Source of the DNA: Ruditapes philippinarum
Lineage: Eukaryota
Assembly: GCF_026571515.1 (NCBI RefSeq)
Contig: NW_026867152.1
Location: 186,001-248,758, forward strand
Direction: 5' to 3'
DNA length: 62,758 nt
The notes beneath the pieces were generated by a model. It was not told the DNA's origin. It searched no databases and was given only the letters and a program-made list of their open reading frames with translations. Positions 14,201-27,300 of this stretch are shown here, piece after piece (position 1 is the stretch's first letter; each line of letters starts with the position of its first letter). Position numbers and translations under genes: made by a program.

Positions 14201-15562
14201 TCTGGGTAGTTAATAATAAGAATGAATTACTAGAATTTAAACACTTTTTTGAGTTCATGTTGTTCCAATAACAGTCTTTTATTCATTATACTAAGCATAA
14301 AAATGTGACATCTACCATTAATTATTTTAACGCCCTAACACAGTCGATTTATGTATTATCCCAAACTAATAGGATAGAGCCATTTTATTGCGATAGTCGC
14401 GGTCATTCACATAATCACAGTTTTTCCCGCGAATTTCAACATACTTCAATACATCAATTTGCCTCTAGACTTAATGGTTATTTGGTGATATTCTGACGTC
14501 ATAGATTTTGCATTTTTATCATAAACTAACATTCAGGAGTCTTGTGTCCGGTGGTAATATCATGCTTTCCAATACAGTATCTTGCATTCATTTGGTGAAA
14601 TAATGAACAATTTACAAACAAAAATCTATATGAAAGCTATGACCTAGTTTATAAGTATGTTGGAATGCATTTTGTGAAGAAATGATGAACAATATCAGTG
14701 ATATGATTCAAATAAGCTTCAACGGAATCATTTTCATACAAATAACGACTTTAAGTGTTCATAAATTTGTGATCTTTTATGAGATCTTAAAGACATGTGC
14801 ATGGAATAAGAGAATCTCGTTTACACTAAACGAATCTACTACAATTGCATTTTGTTGAATAGATCGTGTAGTCTTTTCAGACATATCATCTAATGTCACA
14901 ACGAACTACATTTCTGTTTATGTTCTATATATCTCTAAATATCTATTGCTAATGAGCGTTCAGTATTGAATCTTATTCACTCATTGAGGGAGAGTTTTTT
15001 CAGTAGTGTACTTCTTTTTTGTCCTCTAAAACTTTTGTTATCAGACGTGGGGAATTTGAAGACAAACATCATCAGGGAAGAGCAATGTTCAAAGAGCACA
15101 TCTCAGGAAGAAATCAGTCGCACATAAAACAATCGACCATCGCAATAAGTAAAAATGTAAGAAACGATGTTATTAAATATCGAAATATATTTGATACTAA
15201 TATTCACCGTGAGTGGTCACATTCAAATAGCAAATAACGTGTCATGTTGTCAAACCATAAGCTATCTCCTTCATTTTTATGATATATATCATAAATTCTC
15301 TTTATAGATGCATCGTATGTCTCTATTGGTTGGGAAACAATATTTATAATTAAAAATTAACTATATAAGCTATTGTTTGATATATATTAAGTAATTAAAA
15401 GTTCGATACAACGCTGTTTGTCAGCAATGAATTCAAGAATGAAAACGTTTTGAAGTAATTTAATTTAATTAATAAAGACTTGAATTTCTTTTTTTCAATT
15501 TATTTTTCGTTTACTATTGTACATCATGACTTTCATTTATAATTATTTCATTAAAAGCAATA

Positions 15563-16092
15563 TTATGTGTAACAATAATGCCATATAAAATTAATAGAAA
15601 ACTTGAGAGTTTTTTTAACATGATACCATAATTTTATTGTGTTTATAAAATTCATAAACATACCTTTATATGAATTGATGGCGTCCGTGTTGCAGCAAAT
15701 ACTGAGCATGACGTCTATTCTGAACAAATATGACGTCAAGTCTATGTCTACATTTATTCTCCTAATTGCAGACTTTATCTGCTGTGTACTTTCTAACACA
15801 GTGCTGTACACGCCTTCCTACAGCAACCCCCCCCCCCCTAAAAAAATAAAAAAAAATCTCGACACGTTAAAAAAAGAAACCCTGATCATTTATTACACCT
15901 GCAAAATTACTAAATTATCTAATAACTTATTATTCAAAATTAAAATTTGTTTGTTATTAAGGATAAACATTGTAAACAAGTTAAGCATGACAATGAACAA
16001 TTATTTATTAGTCAATAAATAATATTTTGATGTAACTGGGAGAAAATGCAAAACTGTTTTTGGGATAATAACAGGATTGATTTTCTATTAAT
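15563..16092 (-). pseudogene. Decayed coding fragment of the repeated unit; continues at 18341-18700 beyond the transposon
   Basis: DLTSYLFRIDVMLSICCNTD matches DMTSHLLRTDVTFSTCCKTD (33.9 kb), DETS*LLRMDVT*STCCKTD (24.0 kb) and DLTSYFIRMDVTLCT*CKTV (30.2 kb). Confidence 0.45.
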
Positions 16093-16919
16093 AGACCCTT
16101 CTTAATATAACCTCATACATATTCATAGATTTCTCAGAACGAGGCTAACAGGGCAAGCTTTAATATCTGCTCTCTGTAAACATACGACGAATATATGGCC
16201 GAAATATTTTCCTACAGTGGCAGAGATCTTCATATTGTACCATTTACTACATACTTGTTGAGAACTATATTTAACATTACAAAAATCTCTTCTGGAGATA
16301 AATAAATCAACAACAGGGTTAAATTTATGTTATATACAGTGAAGGATATACATGTATTCAAGACCTGAAAAAGGAATTAATGTTTATGATAATTCCAAGT
16401 AATTTCTAATATTCCGTGTCAGTATAAATATCATGTTAACTCTTTGCAACTTATACAAACATTATCTATGTTATCAGTATTTTATTGCTAACCTAAAATC
16501 ATGTTGTTCAAGAGTGTATAAAGCAATTAAGTGATAAACAGCTGGATGCTGAATTCTGTACCGTTCTTCTCCTATATTTAGCTATTGAAATAAAAAACAC
16601 AATAAGTTTTATTCACTTTGTATTTAAAAGTCAAAAAATCTGGATAACTGTCTAGCAACAGGTTAATTTTACAGACAGCCTTATCAAATCAAAATAATAT
16701 TTTGTTTAGATATGACATAACACCCCCGTCTAATACATTTCAATGGATTTTCAGTATCATATCACATGATGTTGTCTACAGCAATGTAAAAATACATTCC
16801 AAGCTAAGTAAAGAACGTAAAACTTATATTTTATCAACTATTTTATTTGATTACAGTATGAAATACTAAGTATATAACGAATTACAATCATGTAATTGCA
16901 AATATCAGTCAAATCTTAA

Positions 16920-17147
16920 GACGAAGCTGATGTATCATTGGCTTATTGCACATGTCCAGTTGGTCCGACTTGAATATGTGGTCATATTGTTGGAAGCCTG
17001 TACTAGCTGGTATATAACAAATCATTAGGATACACGGCACTTCTAGAAGATAATGCCTGGACAAACCAACCGCAGATATTCCATTTACTTAGGGGACTGA
17101 ACATTTGCAGACAACATGTGCAGGACCTTACAGTCGGAGGGTATTAG
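16920..17147 (+). pseudogene. SWIM zinc-finger region of a transposon SWIM/YqaJ-type protein, with stops
   Basis: DEADVSLAYCTCPVGPT*ICGHIVGSLY*LVYNKSLGYTALLEDNAWTNQPQIFHLLRG contains CxC-x6-CxH followed by a T..PQ..H..RG motif. An upstream fragment SGDK*INNRVKF..SEGY lies at ~16290-16350. Confidence 0.75.
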
Positions 17148-17290
17148 GAAAGGCAGCATCTAGCTTCAGCACTTCTTTTAACATTCCAAGAAAACTGTTA
17201 TGAATACATGTATATATATGTTGGGAATCTTATATAACAACATATACAACTGTCATCATTTGAAAATTCGTTTGTATCAAACGTTCAATA

Positions 17291-17825
17291 TTACATTGAC
17301 GTTTGTATCAAATGTTCAATATCACTGCTTGTTTTCTTCCTACGTTTTCTGTATTTCTTCTTTGAACTGTTTGATAGTTCCTTTTTCATCTGTTATGCCA
17401 CTGTCATGAAGAGATATTACAACTTAAGGCGATTCAAATAGCAGTTGTCAATTTGTGTGACGGTTACCAATGGAATTCCTGAAAAATATATATATTTAAT
17501 TTAGAAGTGGAAACCCAAGAATTTATGAACATTTCTAGAATATATCATTTAATATTTCCAATTGCAACATACATTTTTACAGTTGGTTGAACTTTATTTA
17601 TGTGTAAAATTTGAAAAATTAAATCTTGTGTTGTACCTTTCCATCTGCAAAATCTTCCTTTAGTGTTCATCAATTACTGTTGTGTTCATAACTTCTCTAG
17701 GTCAAACCAAAAAGGGTACGGTCTATTATCTTCAGACATTTCCCGAATTGGTGCCCATTGATCGATAATTTTCATTGTGTGAAATGCTTCAAAACGAGCA
17801 AACTGTTGTTCAATGTAAATTGATC
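17291..17825 (-). pseudogene. Two-exon remnant of an unknown protein gene inside the transposon
   Basis: Exon 17637-17825 (TTTCAG acceptor, GT donor, 189 nt) and exon 17291-17478 (TTTTCAG acceptor) join in phase 1. They give SIYIEQQFARFEAFHTMKIIDQWAPIREMSEDNRPYPFWFDLEKL*TQQ*LMNTKGRFCRWK-G-IPLVTVTQIDNCYLNRLKL*YLFMTVA*QMKKELSNSSKKKYRKRRKK. Confidence 0.5.
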
Positions 17826-20149
17826 CTGAAATAGTGCATAAATAACTTTATTGCCTTTTTAGTAATAAAAAAACGGTTTTATTGAATTTCGATTCTGAAG
17901 CAATTAAATGTTTTTAGATGTCATAATTATAAGTATGGATATTTAAATAAATTGGGATGAACAAAACATATTTTTTATTGATAATAATTAAATAAAACAT
18001 TAAAATAATAAAGAAATCAGATTAATTAAGGTAAGTAGTAATAACATCGAAAGTAGCTTGGTTTAAAAAAGAAGAGAACAATAGAATTTTAAACCTTGAA
18101 ATGTTCTCAATTCATTCTTTTTATTTTCAAACCAATCCCTCGCATTTATTAAACTCACATCCTCAGGTGTTTTATAAAAAAATAACCGTTTAATCATTTC
18201 ACATAGTGGAACACAACAATAAAAGTGAGGTTTAACACACTAGGGCTTATCAGTTCAGACATTATTTGTTTACATTCATGCCCTGTTAGCCTCTCTCTGG
18301 TGATGGAATGTAAAGCATGCATGTAATTTGAGAAAGGCCTATTATCATATAATGTGAATATAAGAAACAGTCTGCAAATGTTTTTTTTTTTCTTATTAAA
18401 TAACACGTCATTTGTATTCGAAGAATGCTTCAGTCTCATCTTTCGGTATATGTCTGATTTAAACAATACTTGTATGAGAGGCAATGTGATTATGTACGTT
18501 TCCCCCGTCTGTTGGAAATCTTTTTTAATGTTTATATGCTATCAAGGGGCTTTTAAAGCTGTCTTCATAAATAAGAAAACTGCCCGTAATACAACACATG
18601 AATGAAATGTGTAGACTGTATGTCAAGTGCACTTATCTGTCATGGCTAGAAGGTCGTTTGTATTCGACTCATTGATATCATCTGCTGTTACAGAATTAAT
18701 TCTTATATATCTTGCTGCTTGATTAAAATTAACTTTACATAAAGGTAGGCGAATGCTTCCCAATAGAAGGATATTGATTTCATTAGCCAAGATATTTCAA
18801 GAAAATCGGCTTTGCACAAAATGATATATGTTTTTTTTACAAGTAAAAACTATTGAGAATTCAAGAAATAATGTACATGTTATATGCAACTAATGACTGA
18901 TTTTGCAGTATTTATTCTATTGAGTGACTTACGCAATAAAGGCAGTTTATGCATGTTTATACCCTTTTATTATGTTTAAGATTTTAAGTACTGTTTGCAG
19001 TGGGTAACCTAATTTATCTGCTCATCTGATAATATGTTATGATACTTTCTGATACATTTTAGATATTTTCTTGAAAATTGGCATGAATCAGGAAGAATTC
19101 TTCTTTAAATAGTGTTTTGTTTGTTAGTTTTGTTTTTGTTTGGTTTAAAATTGTATCATCTCATAAAAAGGAATTTTCAGATTTAACTTGTTTGAAAAAG
19201 ATGTAATTTGAAAGCACAAAGCGTTTCGTTTATTAGTGGTATTTTAAAAGTACATTTACCTTTTTGTTAAGGTTATGGATACGTTCATCCTTCAAATACT
19301 GTTTCTAACCTTTCAAACAACAAAACATGAAACCTATTAAATCGATTACTCTTCTGTGTGGTATGGAATCAGGCTATAATAAAATTGCAATGTTGTAAAA
19401 GCAAATCGTTTAAGGACACTTTGATTCTATTTTGAACATCACTGATTAAATTATCTGACAATCCTTTGTTAATGTATTCCTGTTGTTGAGTTTCTTTGCA
19501 TTTTTTTCTTTTCTCCGTTCATGGCTTTTATTCTTAAATTATTTTCATAGTTCATGGCTTAACAATACAATCGAGGATATGTCTTGGAGGAATTTACAAC
19601 TTTAAGCGTTTAACCCCCGTATCATATCATTTACCTTTAGTAATATCATTTTATTAACATATGTATTACTTTTGTAACATTTATGCAGTACTTTTATACT
19701 ATTCGACTTATATAGAATATATGCTTTTTGCAACAATATGAAAAAAACCCGACACACTATTTTTTCAACACATGAAGACAATCATATTTTAACTGTTCAA
19801 TGTATTTTCTGTTTAGTTGCTATTGTAACGCATGACGGCTCATCTGTACGTATACTTAAAATTGCCGTGACCCAAAAAAATCATATTGATACTATACTGA
19901 TACACCATTGACATACCAGTGTTACCAAAACATCCGTTCTGCTACTTTTATTTGACTCTAATGCAAAATAAGAAAAGAACTGACTGAATATTTTACAAAC
20001 TATATAGTGATGAAAAAAGATAGCGTTAATCAAAATCTTCATTTGAACTTTTGAAATAATGAACAAGAGACCGAACAAAATAATGGATATAACACAGTTT
20101 ATCAGCACAATATATCTTTATAGTGTAACACGTGTTGCAATAAGCCATT

Positions 20150-23050
20150 CTGTCTTCTAAATTGCAAAGGCGCCTAACAATAAATCAAACAAAATATCAT
20201 TTGAACATAGAATCGACCATTAATTGTTTTGAAACATTGTTTATAATCGTGAGTAGCATCAAAATTTTAGGACCAAACAATTTTCGCAATACGTTTGTGG
20301 GGTTTTTCCAATTTTTTTCACACTAAAATTTCTGGAAATTATGCACCATAAATTAATCAATAAATTCAATCATTATTCATTAATAATTGACCTCGTTTGA
20401 TTTTTAAATTATTGAAAAACTTTATCGTTTTAAAAATGTGACAAAAATAGTTTGCCTATAAAAATCCAGACATATTTAACCTCAATTCAAAGTGATGAAA
20501 AAAGGGATTAAAATTTGGTAGCTTTATGATTTATAAATGTTTCACCTTCAAGAACACATTTGGGATCGCCAATTTCCTATTTGTAATTGAGAAATAGCAT
20601 TCAAACTTGACCTTGATCTATGTTCCTTGACAAATTACCCGTCTTCTTTTTCCGTATTATTGATTGTTGCCTAGAAATAATTTCGGTTTGAATTAATTCA
20701 GATTTCTTCTCAATCATGTCAATCAATCAAAAGATCGAGGGGTTTGAAAATGTAAATGTACCGAAACCCCAAAATCAAAAATTAAATTTTAAAATTTTTT
20801 TGTATTTTGGGATAAATCCTGGAAAACAATTTCCCAAAATTTTTATCTAAAACAAAAAGGCTGTAAAAATACCCAAATTTTATTACCCTTTTTCCCCCTT
20901 TTTTTTTAAAAAGAAATTTTGCGTATGTCTGATTGATACTTAATTTAAATTTTTAAAACCAAAGCATTCGGTAAAGCAGGAAAATTAAAAATTTTAACAA
21001 CCTTGACAATGTTAAAACTTCATTTTTAAAAAAAGGGAATCACTTATTAATTATAGTTTCGTTCGGTGTTTGAGTTTAATATTTGCATTTACTTATTCAA
21101 ACAATTGGTTATTTCTCAAAAAGTTTAATTAAGAGGGGATCTTCAACCCGTAGATCAGTTGAATAAACAAATGCCTTAGTTAAATTTGGAATATTTTATG
21201 AGTTATTTTGCAGGTTTTTACAATTAAGGTATTAATTGCGTTTTTAACTTTTCGCCTTCATTAAGACCCCGTATGACACTACTATTTTAAAATTTGACCA
21301 CAATTGCAGTGATCTCGCAAAATTGTGGGTTGCAAGCGCAATTATTAAAAATAATACTGTTTCCTAATGTCTCGCTGAGTTTACACCGAATTCATATTCC
21401 TAGTACAGCTGTATTAAATTCAGCATTGTTATTATTTGTCCTAAAACGAATATCCACCTCTGCCTCACAACAAAACCGTTGAACCCCCAGCGAGTATATT
21501 GTAATTTCATTATTGTATTATTTAAGTGTAAAAAAACGTCTATATTTGTATTCCCTGCGGATTAGCGAGTTTAACAATTTTCTATTGATTTAAAAATATA
21601 AGGGAGTTCATTAATCATATAGTCATAAATTTATTTCAACCTGGGAGATAATAATTTTGTCAAATATTAAGTAATGCCGTAAAAATAATGTGAAATGAAA
21701 GTGGTGTTCTCGAAATAATGTGCAAATATCCCTTTACTTCAAATTCCCCGAATAAAAATTGTATTGGCGTTTATTCGAACAAAATGTTTTAAAAATGGTT
21801 AAATCACAATTAATTATTATCTGCTAACAACTTGTTACATGTACAGGGTTGAATTTTTATAATATTAATCTTCTACCTTACTGGGCCTTTTCACTCTCGC
21901 CAATGGCATTATGCGAAAAGGGAAAAAGTCGGGAAAAATCCCAAAATTTCCTAAAATAAAAGAACTTGATTTGTAAAAAAACAAGGCTAGAGAAATTTAA
22001 AAAAAAAGCTTTGAAAAACCCTTAAAAAATTTTTACGGTTTATCCCCAATTTTGAGCTGATAGAAAATTTTTAATTTAAAAAGGATTTTCAATTTTTAAA
22101 TTAAAAATTTAATTTCCCAGTTTTCTATGTTTTTATTTTGATAAATTTTTGATAAAAGTATAGTCTTGGGTCACATTGGTCCCCATTGTAATTATTGTTA
22201 CCGAGGATGTGTAAACTAAAAAAAATTTCGTAAAAAAACCGTTTTTATACATAAAAAACGGTTTAAAGGGTAAAATTCAAAAATTAAAAAAAAAGCATCC
22301 CCCAAAAAGGGCATAACTGAAAGTTTTTTATTTTTTAAAAAAATTGTTAAAAAAAAATTCCCCCTTGTCACAAATTTAGACCGTTACGCATGTTAACGAT
22401 GGGGATTTGACAATATCCCCGAAAAACATCATATTATAGGGGTGCCCAAAAGTGCAGAACGCCAAAATCTGTTTAATTTATTATTTTTCACTTCTGAAAC
22501 TTTTATTTCCCCTGCTGTTCCCCAAATTTTTTTTTTCGTTTGTGGGAAAAAAAAAATTTTTTTTGTTAAAATTACTGTTTAAAATTTTGGGCCTTGTATT
22601 AAATTTTGTTGTGTTTTTGGCCGTTTTTCCTTTTCTCCCAGGGTTTTGATTTTGGGGGAAAAAAACTTCTTTAAAAATTTTTTAACTTCTTTGGAAATGT
22701 TTTTTTACTTTTAGAAAATTATTTTTTTTTGATATTTTGGGGGGTTTCTTTTATTTATATTTAAACCATGTTTCTTTTAAACCTTTTTAATATAAGGTTT
22801 AAAAATTTTTGTTGGTTTTGGATAAATTTTTGTTTTTAAAAATAAAACTACGTTTTAAGTTTTTAGTCCAATCTTAAAAAGGGGAGAAGGAGATCCCAAT
22901 GAAAATACGGTAAGCATGTTTTTAATTTTATTCGCAAGTAAAAAAACATTGCAAAATGAAATAAAATAATTTAAAAAATATACACCATGAAATATAATAA
23001 TAATCATAACACTTTATTGATTATATCTGTTTTTAGGGTCCGTGTTCAGC
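20150..23050. other. Homopolymer-inflated, probably error-rich assembly segment
   Basis: Abrupt excess of AAAA/TTTT/CCCC/GGGG runs. Blurred similarity to unit blocks is still visible, e.g. CTTGACCTTGATCTATGTTCCTTGACAAATTACCCGT at ~20607. Confidence 0.55.
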
Positions 23051-23809
23051 AAAATTAAACGTACGTAAAATTTGAACAATGTGACGTCAAGTTATGTCAC
23101 ATTTTATTGATGACATGTCTGCGTCTCCGAGTTTCTCTCTTATTGCAGACTTCACCTGATGTGCACTTTTTGACACAGGGCTGTTCACACTTTCCTTCAG
23201 CTACAAAAAAAAATCTCGACAAATTAAAAAAAAACCTGATCATTTATTAAACGTGCAGAAATACTAAGTACTCTAACTAACTAATTATTCCAAATTAAAA
23301 TTTCTTTGTCATTGAGGTAAAATATTGTAAACAAGTAAAAATGACAGTGAACAATTGTTTATTAGTCAATAAAGAATATTTTGATGTTGCAAAACCGTTT
23401 CTGGGCTATATAACAGGATTGTATTTCTATTAATTGTCGTATAATGTGAATATAGGAAACATTCTGCAAATCTTATTTTCTTCTTAAAACAACACATCAT
23501 TTGTATTCGCAGAATGCTTTACTCTCCTCGTTTGATATATGTCTGATGTAAACAAAACTTATATCAGAGACAACGAGACTATGTAAGTATCCCCAGTCTG
23601 TAAAAGATCTTTCTTCAATGTTTATATGTTATCAAAGGCCTTTTAAAGCTGTCTTTGTAAATAAGAAAAATTGCTCGTGATACACCACAAGAATGAAATG
23701 TGTGCACTTCATGTTCAGGTTCTGATAAAATCGTTTTTCTATTTGATCACTGTCGTCAATCTTTGGAGAAAAAATAATCAAAAAAATTTTGATATTATGT
23801 CTGTTTTGC

Positions 23810-24390
23810 TCCTTGATTAAAATACATTGTTCATAATGGTAGACGAATGTTTCCTAGTAGACGGCTGTTGATTTGATTTGCATACACTTACACTAAATTC
23901 AAGGCTATATGCCTCCAGATAAGCCAAAGTATTTCAAGAAAATCTTGTGCATATTTACGAGTCTGTTTTACAACAAGTGCTCTACGTGACGTCCATTCGA
24001 AGCAACTATGACGTCTCGTCTAAGTCTAAAGTACTTGATGGCATGTATGCATTTTTCCGAGTAAATTCCATTGATTTCTTTCCCAATTGCACAGTTTAAC
24101 GGCTGTGTATTTTTGGCATAGGATTGTACACACTTTCATTAAGGTTCCTCAACAAATGTTTTTGGACAAATTTTAAAAAAAACTCGGATTATTTATTACG
24201 TTTTTGCAAAAACCATTTATTATTCAAAACCAAAACCTGTTTGGCATTGTTCCTTTATTGAAATACATTTTACATATTGGTAGACGAATGTTTCTTATAG
24301 GCGGCTGTTGATTTGATTTGCATACACTTACACTAAATTCAAGGCTATATGTCTCCAGATAAGTCAAGATATTTCAAGGAAATCTTCTTT
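23810..24390 (+). repeat. Local direct duplication (~135 bp) within the unit
   Basis: TGGTAGACGAATGTTTC..ACTTACACTAAATTCAAGGCTATATG.CTCCAGATAAG at ~23837-23946 and ~24278-24386. Confidence 0.85.
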
Positions 24391-27300
24391 TAGGAAATGT
24401 ACTACAATTTTTAGAAAAAAGTAAAAACATGAACAACTAAACAAATAATTTACATGTTCTTTGCAACTTGGCGAGAATATGAACAAGCCAACAAAACATT
24501 TTCTAATACGGCTGAGAAATCTGATATTTCAACTGTTTCCCTTATTTCCTGTTTACTTGCCTTTGTAACACTTCTGTACGTTTATATAATATTGCAATGG
24601 GACCAAATCAAACTGATTTTTTATCTCTAAACAATTGAAAAATCAGTTTTATAAAAAGAATCCGTTCTGCAGAAATTAAAAGTACATTGAGCAATCTGCC
24701 CTGTAACCGAAAATACGTGAAATCAATGCATCTAAAATGAACATCATTGATCACATTATTCAATTATCTTACTTTAATTTGTTCCTGTTTCTTACATTCT
24801 CAGCACGTATTTAATTATTCTTTTAGATAATGGATTTACTGTGGTACTCATTTCCATTTTTAAATTGCCCTGCAATATCGGTGAAAATGTCTACTTTTTC
24901 CACCTTAAAGTTGAAACATCCGTCGTTAACTGCTAAGCTACATATATTTTTATTAGACGTTTTAGTTTCAATTTTACGAATTACGTATAACGACACGACG
25001 GAAAGAACTCGTATATGTTTATATCTTACTGTTATGCAACACCTTTTATTTTGATTGCGTGTTTTCGAAAATGATAACGTTAGTGTGTTTTTCATACATT
25101 GAGCTGATTTAATGAAATATGCATCAAGTGAATATCAGATTGCAGAGGATTGGCAGGAAATAATAAACATCGACCAATCGAACTCATTTTGTAATACACT
25201 GTTGTTTCATGTTGAATATATTTGTTTTGTTTTGTTTTGGGGTTTTTTTTTGTTGTCTTGTTTTAGCAAGGATATATCTTTTCGTTGTGACAAAATATTC
25301 AATAATGAATCCTTTCCAGCAATGAACTAATAAACCATGATAAATTAGGTCTGATGATAATCAACTTCAGGCTGAAATCGTAAATGATAAATACTATACT
25401 GAATAATTAAATTCAGACAACTTAAGAGTGTACACAAGGTATCAGGTATGCAGGAAATTAATATTTCCATTATCAGTAGTCTTCAGAAATTGATATCGTA
25501 ATTTTGCTGTTGCACAGCCTTATACTTCGTGAGGTAAACGCATACATAGCTTTATTATTTTGTTCTAAATGGAAGCAGACATTAAATAAAATTGTTCACG
25601 CAATTAATTCTATAGCAAATTATACATTAGTTGGGACAAATATTACGAGATAATGAGGTCTTACATATTATTTATGTATCTTAATTAGGGGACAATAGAC
25701 GTATTGGCTGAGACAAAAACATATAAACATATTATATATCTACTAAAATCGGAAAGCTCTAAAAGATATATGTTTCGCCTTTTAGCCGATCTTTTTATTG
25801 CAAACTAACAAATCAGGTCAACCGTTACATACAATCACTTTACAATAACGTCATCATCCATGAATTCATTTAAATAATACATTTTCCTTCCGTCAAAACT
25901 ATTATTAAATGATTATCAGACAAAATACATTTCAATTACATTTTTAAATTATTGTAAAAAGCTCACAACTGATTTGCTTGTCGGTAACATTGACGGTATT
26001 TATAAAACAATTCTGCCAGGAAGAGCAAAATTTATTGAAAGTAGTCTTTGCCTGCTAATTATTTTGGCTTCTTTTATAAATGAGAAAAATGTGTACTTTC
26101 GTTCCGATAACTTTAATTCATATGGACACCGACTATGTACGATAATTTGGTGGCGTTGTATAAATCTAAAGATACATGACTCGCTCTACAATTAAATTTG
26201 CAAAAGGTTCTGCTTTAAACTTCAATATTTTAGATACTTTTTATTATCAGCATACATAAAAATATATCTGTTTCCCTTTTTCCCTTTCATTTCACTCGTC
26301 ATGGTACCGCGTTCATAACACATACCGATAAAGCCATCATGTTTACCATGTTTATCAACGTGATGCTATTTGAGGTCAAAATTTATCAAGAAGGATCAAA
26401 ACAATCCAATTTCTACTATTTTTTTTTTCAATAATAAGTTTTTCTCACACATAAAAGGACTAGGATAAATCGAAAAAATAACGACCGTATTTGTTTCTGT
26501 AATCAGATAGAAGAAAATTAAATCTTATTCGAGCTTTCGTAAAGTACAAATCAAATGATATTAAAGATAAAAGATGTTTTTTCTGTTTCTCTGAAGTTAG
26601 AAACAAAAATGCTTGCAAATGTGACTGGTAGTAGCATTTACCTTAATTAACCTCAATTTAATATCCATTTTCATACTTTTAGGATTTCATCATTTGAATA
26701 AATTATTTTAGCAGTCATAAAAATAAAATATTTATATTATAAATGTATGCATTTCCTTTGATAACGTATGCTCAGTGTACTCATCCAAAGGTTCTTAACA
26801 ATAGATTGCACAAAGTAGCAAATGAAAATAAAAAGGTAATACAACACACGTACAACGTATTTAAAGCATGTGAAATGTGTGAATGTGCACCATTTATACA
26901 GACATTTTAGCAATGTTTTGAGATTTTTCTCTATACAGAGTATACATGTTTGCCTTTAAAGACTAAAGACTGTCTTTTTTATGCATTCTCCCAGCACTGC
27001 TATCAAAGATTATATTTTCAAAACATTTAGTTTAAATCGACTGTGAAACAAATGTGGGTTATTTTAAAGCCGCTATGTCATGCCTCCTTGTGCTGATGTT
27101 ATGTGATAGAGCATGGTTTCGACCCTAAAGGTATTAGATAACTTAATAACGGGATTTAGAAAAAGACTACTAAACTAATTGACATCTCGGGACTAAGGAT
27201 CGGATTTTCAAACAGTTGCAAACCACGTGAATATAATATCAAGCTTCTTTCTCGTTTGAACAATGTGAATGATATAAAAATAGCAAACAATTGCAAACGA

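Larger units (their letters stand above)
16093..18340. mobile_element. Deleted ISL2EU-like (PHIS group) DNA transposon
   Basis: AT duplication at 16091-16092 and 18341-18342 (empty site TTCTATTA-AT-TGTCGTATAATG at ~23425). Imperfect TIRs AGACCCTTCT..AGAAAGGCCT. Perfect 15-bp subterminal IR GAGGCTAACAGGGCA (16141-16155 / 18279-18293). Internal SWIM-finger ORF. Confidence 0.7.

Noticed and set aside
17291-17825. Rab/Ras GTPase C-terminal half (LFMTVA, basic tail)
   Set aside because: No NKxD, SAK or CaaX motif. The resemblance needs frameshifts, whereas the spliced frame is continuous without them.
18354-18605. LRR/Toll-like receptor reading of plus-strand ORFs in the unit
   Set aside because: No repeated LxxLxLxxN pattern, and synonymous-change evidence favours the minus frame.
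21260-21990. Possible additional DNA transposon insertion
   Set aside because: It lies in the error-rich zone, and termini or TSD cannot be established.
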